Origin: Callorhinchus milii
Lineage: Eukaryota
Direction of reading: 5' to 3'
NCBI RefSeq assembly: GCF_018977255.1
Contig: NW_024704742.1
Coordinates: 57,290,001-57,354,000 of the forward strand
DNA length: 64,000 bases
Under the pieces are notes generated by a model that did no database searches, was not told the DNA's origin, and was given only the letters and a program-made list of their open reading frames with translations. Below are positions 33,785 through 45,729 of this stretch, one piece after another (the stretch's first letter is position 1; each line of letters starts with the position of its first letter). Made by a program: the position numbers and the translations under genes.

Positions 33785-34101
33785 GGAGTCCTGTAGCTCA
33801 GTGGTTAGAGCACTCGCTTTGCAAGTGAGAGACCTGAGTTCAATTCCAGGCACAGGGCGAAACCTTGGGCAAGTTTCCTTACTCCACACGCCTAATAATA
33901 ATCCCTCCAAAACCCAAAACAATAATAAATTGGTCGTTTTCAATCTACGACTGTTTGTGGGACATTGCTGTGCGCAATTGGCTGCCGCGTTTGCCCACAA
34001 ATATACAGTCAATTCACTTTACAGTGTGTTCTGTGAAGCGCTTTGGGATGTCCTCCTGACGTGAAAAGCGCTATATCAAATGCAAGGATTATTATTATTA
34101 T
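33785..34101 (+). mobile_element. Young tRNA(Ala)-like SINE, full length, short subtype
   Basis: TAGCTCAGTGG (A box), GTTCAATTCC (B box), CTTGGGCAAGTTTCC, GTGGGACATTGCTGTGCGCAATTGGCTGCCGCG, L2-like tail, (TAT)n. Sisters at 53998-54300 and 57277-57578(-). Confidence 0.85.
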
Positions 34102-34629
34102 TTTTACTATTTTAAAACGTAGTCATTGATTTCAGTGAATGGGATAGTTGACGCACGCCAGGAGCAGTGTTTGTGAAGCGTGGTAGATCATCACAAACAA
34201 GTGAAAACCGCAAATTTTGGTTTTGAGGGAGCAAATTTTATTTGTGATGCTTTTTTTTCTCTGTGATTTTGGAAAAGAAAGCAAATCCTCCTCTGGGTTT
34301 GGTTGTTTCTATATTGAAGAATGCACCAACTGCTCCAATCCCCTTTGACCCATTGAGCTCACGTAGTTTTATAGCGAGGGAAGAACATGTTTTAAAATGA
34401 GGGCTTCTGAATTCTCAGACAAGGGGCAGACAGACAGCTGTTGGAAAACGTGACCTTTGTTTTAAAAGCAATCTCCGACAGTACTCATTTTACTGTGCCT
34501 TGATTCCTGCATGATATAGCAGCCCTTTTATGGGACTTGAATTATTTACGTGGAAGTCTGGCTTTGGTTTGGCTTGTTAATGCATGAGATGTTATATGAT
34601 GAATTGTGAGCATGAGATCACTCTTATCC

Positions 34630-35215
34630 AACAACATCAACTTGCATTTTTATATTGTGCCTTTCACTCGGTGTAGTGTCCCGGAGTGCTTCACAGTGGG
34701 AGTCTGACTCCGAGCCAGAGAGGAACGTCTTTGGGCGGCATTTGAAAGTGGGGAGGGAGGGGGCAAAGTGGCGGGATTGAGGGCGAGAGTTCCAGAGTTT
34801 CGGGGCGTAGTGACTGAAGGCACAGCCACTGATGGTGGAGTGAAGGGGATGAGAGTCAAACAGGAGGCCGGAGCCAGTCAAGCAGAGGCAGCGGGTGGAG
34901 GGGTAAGCAAATTGAATAGGTAGGGAGATGTGAGGGCACTAGAAAATGAGTGAGAGGATCTTGAAATCGATCCGTTCAGTAATTGGGAACCAATGGAGCC
35001 CGGCGAGGACTGGTGTGATGAAGGTCCGGAGTTTTGTGCAAGTGAGAATCGGGACGGACCCGGAGTTCTGAATTCGTTGTGTTTTGTGTATTGTGGAGCT
35101 GGGGAGACCAGCAAGGAGGGCATTGGAATAGTCCAGCCAGGAAGTGACAAAGGCACGGACGGACAAGGGTTTCGGCTGCTTTTATTATGAGGTATGGACG
35201 GAGGTGGGCAATCCG
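34630..35215 (-). mobile_element. L2-clade LINE 3' fragment
   Basis: Minus-strand AFVTSWLDYSNALLAGLP, LHWFPITERIDFKIL, AFSHYAPKLWNS. Confidence 0.8.
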
Positions 35216-38200
35216 ACAAAACTACTTGGCTCTTTTTAATTAACTGTGCATCCTAGGTTTATAGGCAAGAATATAAACTATCCACAACTGGGAATTAAAT
35301 GTAATTACCTGTACATCAGACTTTAAAGAATGTTTTGCGTTTGCAGGACAGGATCATTGCGTCAATGCTTAAACTAGGCAAATAATTGACACAGTCGAAA
35401 GTGAAAGCGTTGATCAGGCAGGCAAGGGTTGTGCAAACATGTTGACATCTGAAAACATAACTCTTTGATTGCGCTTTCAGTCTTTTACCCCACCCCACCT
35501 CCCTCAGTCAGTTCTCACCCCCTCAGCTGCAGTGCCCATCCAGTAATGTGAAAGCGCATTGTGACATCCTCCCGACATGAAATATTCCAGATAAATAATA
35601 ATAATCCTTGCATTTGCTACAGCGCCTTATCACATCTTTGAGATGTCTCAAAGTGCTTCACAGAATATACTGTAAAGTGAATTGATTTTTTTGTATATTT
35701 TGTATATCATAGTGTATTTTGTGGGCAAAATGTGGCAGTTAATTAATTACGCACAAATGTAAAGTAGATAAGCTGTGGGTTCAAGCCACGTTGAGGACAT
35801 GGAATCACATGGTCTAAGAAGACGCTCAAATGCAGAGCTGGAGGTATGTTACATTGTTAGTGGTGACGTTCTTCAGAAGAAACGTTAAAAACAGGTGATG
35901 TCCTTCAGATGAGATGGGAACAATATTTCTCATATGTCAGATGAGACATTAAACTGAGGTGTCATCTGTCTGTTCAAGTGAAAGTTACAGATCCCATGGC
36001 ACTATTTGAATAAAGGGAGTCTCTCTAGATGCCCTGGCCAACAATCCCCCAAATAAAATTGGTCATTCACACCATGGCTGTTTGTTGTACATTGCTGTGC
36101 ACAACTACCTGCTGAGTTTTGCTCACAAAATAGTCAATCCACTTTACAGTATATCCTGTGAAGTGCTTCAAGACGTCTCAACGACATAATAAGTTGCTAT
36201 TTCAAATGCAAGGATTATTATTATTAGAATTGAATAATTTGCATGTCACTAACTATTTAAACGTTAATGTGAATCAATTTCACACGTGTCTGTCAATACT
36301 GAGAAAATTAAGTAAAAAGTTACCTCATCTTCGTTAATGGCTGAGGTAACCTTTCAAGTTGGATGATTTCAACTCTGTACCACTTCATCTCCAGAGGATT
36401 GATGTGTTGTATTGCATCAATCAACCTGAATATTTAAAAAGCCTATTTGGTTCCTAGTAGTTTTAAATACAATACAATTTACGTTTATAATAGAGCCTTT
36501 CACCTTGAGAGAATGTCTCAAAGCACTTGACACTGTTGTAATATTCTAATAATCCTTGCATTTGATATATCACCTTATCACATCCTTGGGATGTCTTAAT
36601 AATCTTGCATTTGATATAGCGCCTTATCATTTCTTTGAAACATCTCAAAACGGTTCACCGAATATAGTGGAAAGTGAGTTGACTATATTTTGTGGGCAAA
36701 ACACTTAACAAGATATACTGTTTTGAAGCACTTCACAAGATAGTTAAAGGAGAATACACAAATGTATCAGTTTTGCTAAACTATCAGTTTTATTTGTTGA
36801 AAGATGTATCTACCATGATGATTTCCCACTGATGTATCAAACTCTCGTTAACTGCTGATTTTTACCTTATTTGTTTGATACATCAGATTGAATTTTAAAA
36901 TATTAATACTCAATAATCATACTTTGTAGTACCTTAGATGCTATTTAACAAGTACTATTTAGTACTTTTGACTGTCGGGGAGGGAGATGCGGGAAGCAAA
37001 GCGAGAAGGAGGGAGAGGGGTCCAATACCACTATAATGCCACATCAAAGGTGTTATATAAGTGCAAGTTGTTGGTTGTCTTATCATTGGGATTTCCCAAT
37101 TTTGTCCATATTATCAGTGGATAGTTATAGTACAAAGATGGCTATAAATTAATTCATGTTTGACATGTAATTCTATCAAATTTAGCCAATATCACCTTTA
37201 GTATGACTTCAATTGAACTAGCTGCGGACTGTGGAATCAGTTGGTGATCCAGTAGTAGTATATTCATTTAGTATTTTAGGTGATGGGAAAGGGAAGTGAT
37301 ATGAAATGTCAAGTTGTAGTGCTTGTATTATAGCTATACTATTTGGGAAGTTTTCATGTTTAAAAAGGATGTTGGATTCACCAGAAAACAGAAACAATTC
37401 TGTTGTCTGTTTACATTCATGCTAGTTTGGGAATTGTTCTTTTAGACCAGACTTTATTTTTGGTTCAAGTAGGCACACTTCACAGTGTGTATTGTCTTTT
37501 GCCACCTACCACTTCCTTGAATGTTGAATGGGGCAGACTAGACTTATCTATTAGAAAATGTGCGCACGTTATGTTGATTTTAAATCAGCCAATCCCATAT
37601 ATGCATATTTTGTTGATTTTGAACCACTCCAATCCCTTTAATTTTTTAAGCATTTTTTAGTTTTTGTGGAAAAAATATATGATAATGGTAACCCTTGCAT
37701 TATATAGCACCTTATCACGTTGTTGAGATGTCTCAAAGCACTTCATAGAATATATTGTAAAGTGGACTGACTGTATATTTTGTGGGCAACCAATTCAAAT
37801 TTAAACTAGTTGTATTCTAGAAATTCTTATAATTACACTCAATGTAAAATTGATCAGATAACTCGCTGTGACCCGAAGAGAACATAAAGATGTTTAGCTT
37901 TCACATATGACCTGGAAACACAGTATCATTATTCTTTAATACTTGGATGTCCTCCTGATGTGAAAGGTGCTATACAAATGTAATGTTGTTGTTGTAATAC
38001 ACTACAGTACATCTCCTGAAAAATACTATTTCCAATAACAGAAATAAGCGATTGGAAAAGAAAGTAGCGCATTTATGGACACACATACCTACACTTATGC
38101 TTATACTTAACGTAAACAAGTTTTAACATACACTGACAGTTGCGGGAGTTAGGATCGCTCCATCACACTGATTGTTGTTCGCTCAGCACAGGGGCAATGT

Positions 38201-38416
38201 GTTGGTGTATACATTACCTGCTCACAGTGCCCTCTTGTGACCTGAGAGGACCTATGCCTCACTACTCCAAATAACGTATCGCTGAGCCCTTTTCACTTGG
38301 ACTGATGAGTTATCAGGAGTTCACTGAATTATTAGTATGATTAAGATACTGACTTATTTTTGAAGAAACATGTACAAACTTATTAATAAATGTTTTATGA
38401 TTTGGCCGTTATAGCA

Positions 38417-38505
38417 ATGTCTGAATTTGAGAGAACAGCACATCCTGATGGTGCAATGTCTGGAGGCGATTGTATTGATGCAAGGCCCAGTGAAGGCACT
38501 GGAGG
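38417..38505 (+). CDS. CASP3: CASP3 coding exon 1
   Basis: [31 protein letters not shown] at 38413-14, GTAAG donor. Confidence 0.8.
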
Positions 38506-41500
38506 GTAAGGTGAATTTACTGGCTTGTTTCTATGCTGTACATTCTATGTAAATCCATTGTCCATTTTCAAAAAATCATGTACGTGAGTGACTGAAAAGT
38601 GGCAAATGCCATTTACTGCTGACAGATTAAATTTTTCACATAGTCTAACTTTGTAGTCCTTTGTACACCATCTGTCCCTGAAGGAAAATATCCATTTGTT
38701 CTGCTATAACTCACTTTAAATAGTCTTGATTCATTTTTCTTGGCAATTTATCTATTCTGTTTTTCTCCAGAAATGTGCAAAAACAACATGTTGGTGACAA
38801 CAAGGAAGTGGATCCAATTCCGAATGACCAGTGTATCAAATATAAGATGGACTACCAATGTATTGGCTACTGCATTATCTTCAACAATAAGCATTTTGAT
38901 CCCCAAACAGGTATTTGACATTTTGTGTTCAGGTCACACATGTAAATTTCATTTCCTAATTGGACTAGGCATTCTTTCCCCTCCTCCACATATGTTTTTT
39001 ATTCCCTTAAATTTTTTTGGAAAAATACATTTATTGTCTGTGTCAAAGTGTAAAGGGGAACTTGCATATTGCTAAGAATTAAATGCACGAAATTCTGTTA
39101 CATAAGCTTGTACGTTAACATTTACCTTTACATTTACCTGTGTGTTGCTTCCGAATCTCGTCTCTGAACAGAATATTTTGAGAAAAAAATATTCATAATA
39201 CAATCGAAAGTAGTTGCTGTGGCCTTTATCTCCTTCACCAATAATAATCCTTGCATTTGATAGAGCACCTTGTCACATCACTGAGACTCCTCAAAGCCTT
39301 TCATAGGATGTACAGTAAACTTTAGTAACTGTACCTTGTAGGCAAAAGCAGCAGCCAATTTGTGCACCACATTGTCCCACAAAGAGCCATGAATTGAATA
39401 AGCAATATTATCTGAGGGGACTGTTGACCTGGATACCAGGAAAAACTCCCTTCACTTTTCAAAAGGACCCATGGTATTTAATGTCCACCTGAACAGGCAG
39501 TAAGGGCCTTGTTTTAACATCTCATCTGAAGGACAGCACCTCCATCAATGCAGGGGCTCCCCAGGACTGGAGTGGAGTGCCTATGAACTCAAAGGCCTGA
39601 TGTGGGGTGTGAACCCACATCCTTAAGTCTCAGAGGCAGGAGTGCTTCCAACTGAGCCAGGGTAACACTAGTCAATGAATACCAGGGAGTCCTGACACTT
39701 CATGCATCTCTCGACTTTTATTCTTTGTAAGACTAAATATTGCTAAATATTCTTGATTTCCTTTTACTTGACTTGTCACCATTTTACAGCTACCAAGATT
39801 GGTGCATTTTAAATTCAAAGCTTGCTTTGTGTGGAAATTGTACTGCAAAGTTATGTCATCATTTTATGATGTGTTGTTAGCATTTCTTCAGAGCGCTGCA
39901 ACGACAACAACAACTTACATTTATATAACGCCCTTCACGCAGGGCAATGTCCTGGAGCTCTACTGCAGCCCTAGACCCAGATTATATTACTTGCATACAC
40001 ACAGAAATGTTCTGCAGAGAAGGTGGTCATTCAGTCCATGGTATCTGGTGCATCGTATCTGTCACAATTGCCACTTTTTCTGTTTTTTTTAATTAATCTT
40101 ACATATCAGCTCTTTCCCCATATGCCTTAATCTGTTTACCACTCTGGCATTTATCAAAAACTTGAATTATATAGTGCTCTTTATACAGGACAGCGTTTTG
40201 GAGTACTGCACAATGGTGGGGTTGAAAGCTGAGCAGTTTCCCTTTGAATTAAGCTATTAACCTATGAAACAGCCATAATACTCATTAATTGGCCATAAAT
40301 ATCAAACCTTAATGATCCTTTAAATTTCACTTTTTTGCTGACAATTTTGAGATTATGCCCCCTTATCACTGATTTCCCTAAACTCCTATGATCTAAACCT
40401 CGAGAGCTCTTCAGAGTCAGCATTCACATTAGCTTTCAACTGGGATCTAGATAAATGGCTAAAATGGAGTCAATTACAGGAGTATAGGGCAGGAAAATGG
40501 AACTGAAAGTATTGCTCTTAAAAGAGTCTGTACAGATATGATGGACCAAATGACTTTCTGTGCTGTAAATTTCTATGTAATAGATTCAAAGTAATATCAT
40601 GATGACCCCAAAGTGGTAACAAACCCTTGCCTTTATGAAGCTCAAACATTATTATTGCTTGTATTCAGATATTCCTTTTCTTTGCTAATCTGTTAATATT
40701 TGTTGATATTCTATAGGCATGAACGTCCGTAATGGTACTGATGAAGATGTTGGTCGTCTGCAGAAGACATTCAAATCTTTGGGTTTTAATGTTCAAATTC
40801 ATAATGACAAATCCTGTTCTGATATGTCTAAAACTTTGGTGGATGGTAAGTATTTGTCAGTGACTGTCAGTCTCGGAAGTTACTGGCAAGTTTATTTGGA
40901 ATTATTTTGTCAAATTCACTGTATTTGTAAAGGCTGACATTTTTATAGGTTGAATCTGTCTGTAGTTGCCGCTTTGTGTTAGGCCAGCTGTGCGGATGCA
41001 CAAATATGAGTCTAATTCAGTAGCTAACTCTAGTTACATTTCTGTTCTGTACTTAATTACTTATCTTAACACTATAAAAAAACTACTTGAATATTATTCT
41101 TCATTACGCTGTTCAACCTCTTATTCTCAAAATGATGTAATTTATTCAATAGCGCCTAATTTTATCATTTTTGCCTTTACAAACTTATCTGCTAAAACGT
41201 TTTTGCCCCCTGCAGACTTCACAAATCTGTGTTCATGAAATCAAAACTTTTGTTCAAATTGCTGACATTTGATCATTTGTGTATATATCTTGTTCTTAGT
41301 TTCCATGAAAGATCACACCGAAATGGCTAGCTTTGTCTGTGTAATTCTTAGCCATGGAGAAGAAGGTTTAATTTATGGAACTGATGGAGCTATTAAATTC
41401 AACGAGTTAATCAGAGTCTTTAAAGGGAACAACTGTAAAACATTGCTTGGCAAACCGAAAATGTTTTTTGTACAGGTATGAATGGAACAGAGGAACTATA

Positions 41501-43504
41501 TGAACATTTGTATTAAATTGATCAAGACTGCATATATCTAGACAATTATGCACTTCTGATTTTTGTTTACTAATAATAAAACATAATATGTGAACCATGA
41601 GTTTGCAAACCTATATTATGTATTCCACCTTATAAATTAACCTTTTGAAGTTTCACTATAACTTGATACAGTTCAATAGATAACATAGTTTGAGAGTTGT
41701 ACAAATTTACAGCACAGAAGAAGGCCATCATCTCCATACTCCAGCACTCACCTCACAAGCGAGAGACCTGGGGTTTGAAATGTTGGGCAAGTTTCCTTAA
41801 TCCATATGTCTCTGTTTACCTAGCAGTAAGTAGGAACCCGGTTGTTAGTCGATTGGTGGATCATTTTTCTGGGGGGTAATAATTCCTTCAAAAAAAATTG
41901 GTCACTTCAATCCACAACTGTAAGACACTACTGTGTGCAATTGGCAATGAGACAATTGTGATCAATTCAACATTTTGGTGGTTTTAAGAGGTCCATTTAT
42001 GAGAAGACTTGAGAAGACAATATCACCTACATTTACACAATAGCCGTGTAAATCTCTTTTCTCTTCAAGGTAGTTTGGAAAGTCATCCAGCAGCTTGAAT
42101 TGTTTTATAATAATGTGCCCGGAAATTGTATTCATTTATATTTTCAGCCCCAAATTAATGCAGTTTTCACATTTTGCACAATCATATAACATGAATAGGG
42201 TGTTGAGTTGTGTTGCACTGTTTCACCAATGTTTCTCTTTTTAAAGGCTTGTCGTGGTAATGAATTTGATTCAGGTGTTGAGGTGGACAGTGTTGGAGAA
42301 GAAAATTCCTCACAAAAAATACCTATAGAAGCTGATTTCTTATACGTTTATTCTACAGCACCAGGTGAGTGAAAAGGAAGATTGAATCGTGTTATGGCGC
42401 TGAAATGGGCTTTATCCGTTACACATTACTACCATGCAAATCTCTGTTCAGTAATAAAAATATTCTTTAAGGAGCAATTCAAAACATTTTCAAGCACTTG
42501 AAATAAAGTCAATAGAAATGTTAAACCCTAATCTATGCATTAATAAGGCTTTTTGCTAGATCTGGACCTTTGGCCATCCTTAGTGAGATTTTCGATAGTC
42601 AGTCAGGTGCAACCTCAGGCCAAAAACAAACCTGGTTAAAAGCAGCAAAGTGCATTTACATAGCCTGCTTATTCTTTAATTTGAATTTGCCACTGATGGG
42701 CTGCCTCTAGCAACTGATTTTCTTCAGTTATCCTTGATTTGAGCTGCAGAATTACATCTTACAAGTTCACAAGAAAGGATCAGATAGAGAAGGCTGTTCT
42801 TGCTATTTGGTCTAATTCGTCTGGATTTCCACATGACTTCCTTCCCGTTATAACATCAAGCTATTTCGTAAATATTCTGGCCTCTATGTTCTGGTGGATT
42901 TCAGTCTGCAAAACCAGATCATTAATGTATACAAGGAAAAGAAGGTCCCATTACCAGTCCCTGAAACATCTCCTTAATTACCATCGCTATTTCAACCTAA
43001 CTCCACTATTTCCTTCCTCATCTTTCTTCCTCAATCTGTAATATCCACCAATATCAGTTTGTAAAGGCAACATTATCAGTATATTTTATCTTCCTGATCT
43101 TCAATATATTGTACAAACTTAATTTAAGGGGCAATTATTATTATTAAAATGTTAGATGCAAAATATCTGTGATCAACACTAAACATTTATATAATCTAAA
43201 TATATGTATCTGATATAACCTGCCATTTGGTTTAACAAAATGCTGAAAACAGTTGTATGAATTTTCATCTTTTCCAGGTTATTATTCTTGGCGAAATACA
43301 TCCAAAGGCTCTTGGTTTATTGAATCTTTATGCCATGTGCTGAATACATATGGCAAGAAACTTGAGATCATGCAGATTCTTACCAAAGTCAACCACAAGG
43401 TGGCACTGGAATTTGAATCAGTCTCAGCACCAGAGTACAGCGGAATGAAGCAAATTCCTTGCATTATTTCTATGCTGACAAAAGAAGTGTATTTTAATCA
43501 TTGA
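38417..43504 (+). CDS. CASP3: Caspase-3, spliced gene model, predicted 292 aa
   Basis: join(38417-38505,38771-38910,40717-40845,41300-41475,42247-42364,43278-43504) = 879 nt. YKMDY, RNGTD, catalytic SHG and [30 protein letters not shown]. Head-to-head with PRIMPOL, which favours CASP3 over CASP7. Confidence 0.93.
38771..38910 (+). CDS. CASP3: CASP3 coding exon 2
   Basis: ...[24 protein letters not shown]. Confidence 0.9.
40717..40845 (+). CDS. CASP3: CASP3 coding exon 3
   Basis: [23 protein letters not shown]... Confidence 0.92.
41300..41475 (+). CDS. CASP3: CASP3 coding exon 4 (catalytic His)
   Basis: [19 protein letters not shown]...GKPKMFFVQ. Confidence 0.93.
42247..42364 (+). CDS. CASP3: CASP3 coding exon 5 (catalytic Cys, linker)
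   Basis: [15 protein letters not shown]...[16 protein letters not shown]. Confidence 0.93.
43278..43504 (+). CDS. CASP3: CASP3 last coding exon
   Basis: [18 protein letters not shown]...[18 protein letters not shown]. Confidence 0.93.
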
Positions 43505-45268
43505 GACCTTTTTTGGTTCAGATTATTTTGATCACATGAGCAGATTCCACAATGAGTATCCAATATCTCTTCCAGGAATTAAAGAGCTCACTCGGGATTT
43601 AATTGAACTGATGCAGAAGTTTTGTTAGCAAAAATCAACTGGTTAGGTTTGAAATAGCCTACTCTTTACTAAAGTGTTCAATTAGAAGCAAAAGTTGATT
43701 GTAGTTTATAAAAGTCACCAGACCTGTATTGGTGAGAATTGCTAAATTAATGTCTAAACGGTAATGTGTATACCAAAAGTGCATTCTAGCAAAATGCATT
43801 TGAATATGCATAATGTGTGTTCAGATTCGAAGAATAATTTTGTGCCTCTGGCTATCTTGAATACACACGCTGTGCTGAAGAATACTAGTCTGCAGTTTCT
43901 TTACTAAACTTCTGAATGTGAATCTTAAACTCCCTTACATATTATCAGAAAGGTAAATGTATAGTCTGGTAACCTTTATGTGAGTGGAGCTAATAGACTA
44001 AATTTAAAGTTATAATTGATGATTGCTTTCTAGAGAAATGTTCATAATTTTTTACGTCACAAGCGAGATAAACTTTAATAACAAAACTTTTTCTAAGCCT
44101 GTGAAGGACTTGTTTAAACCTCATAAAATCTGAGCAATAGGGGAAAATGTGAATATTAATCAATGGACTTCAACCATAACGATCAGATTAATTTAAATTA
44201 ATAATCTGCATGATTACATTGTTCAAATCTCACTTTAGGCATAAATAACTGGCTACTTTGCATTTTTCCTAAAAGCATATATAAAACTGAATATTAAAAT
44301 ACAATGTGAACTTTTTTTCTATTTTCAGACAACAAAAATTGTGTTTAAATCTCCCAGCTTGCAATATATAGTATTACTGTAGTTTTCAAATGTTCAGTGT
44401 AATGAATCAAGGTTATCAATTAATAAGCCATATTAAATAATAAGTTTTAAAGAACATATTGAACATTACAGGTTTTCAATGCTGGTAGGTTGACATATTG
44501 AAAGCCTTCTAGCAATCGACTACAGCACCAGCATGTTTCTCATGATTTGTGTGTTACAATTAGTTCTGCTGTACATTATTAAAGTTGTACTCTTTAATGA
44601 CTAATTATATAAACTTAATCATTGATAATATGTTTACATGTTGACCACTGACTTTGCTTGTTTAGGTGCATATTTCTGCAATTGAGCTCTCTGAAAATGA
44701 ACGTTATCAGATAAAATGTTTTTGAATATATTTTGGTCTTAAACCAAAGATGTCCTTTTTGGCTCGTGGTTGATTGTACAATTGTAGCTTTAGTGATTTT
44801 TATAAGTGATATCCAAAATAAACTTTTTAAAAAGAATGCGGATGAGTAGACGGCATCCTTCACCTGCATGGCCTCTATTCCCAAATAGTGAAAGTTACAG
44901 TTACAAATGTGATTAGACTGCTATTAGAAAATAATTGCAGATTTCAGTTGCACTGACTAGTTTGTAGCATGAGTTACTTATACATGGCTCAATGGTTCAT
45001 GTTCATTAAGCTCAGATTTCTTTCTACAATATGCTATTAACTGAACACTTATCTCAAGTTATTCAGAAGGGTTCTGCTGTAGTGCTGCACTTTTTTCATA
45101 GCTGTTACAAAAGCATGTTAACTATTTTAAGCAGTTTTATATACAATTTTAAACTACGAATAAGATGCTTGGCATTTGAAATAACACCTTATGAGTCCTG
45201 CAGCTTAGTGGTCAATTAAACAGAAGTTAAAACACAGTTGTCAAGTTATACATAAAACATTATACCTT

Positions 45269-45729
45269 GTGGAGTCCTGTAGTTTAGTGGTTAGAGCACT
45301 CGCCTCACAAGCAAGAAGACCTGGGTTCGATTCCCAGGCAGGAAACATTGGGTAAGTTTCCTTACTTCCTTACTCCCCATGTCTCTATTCACATAACAGT
45401 AAATAGGAACCCGGTTGTTAGTTGATTGGTGGATTGCTTTTTTGGAGGTAATAATCCCTTCAAAAACAATTTTTAAAAAAATAATTTCATCACTCAATCC
45501 ATGACTGTGGGACACTGCTGTGCGCAATTGGCTGCTGCGTTTCGCCCAGAAAATATACTGTCAATTCACCTTACAGTGTATTCTGTGATGCGCTTTGAGA
45601 CGTCTCGAAGAAGTGATAAGGCGCTAACAACAACAAGATTACATTTGTACAGCACCTTTCACATCGGGAGGACGTCCCAAGGCACTGGACAGTGTACAGC
45701 ATTTCAATATTAAATGCAAGGATTATTAT
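45269..45729 (+). mobile_element. Young SINE (long subtype) with an inverted L2 tail inserted at 45627-45706
   Basis: SINE tail split as GCGCTA / ATATTAAATGCAAGG around (CAA)n...GGGAGGACGTCCCAAGG. Confidence 0.8.

Noticed and set aside
33785..33860. tRNA-Ala-like sequence (also near 8826, 22430, 45269, 53998, 57500)
   Set aside because: These are SINE heads that continue into SINE body; no convincing acceptor stem or Pol III terminator.
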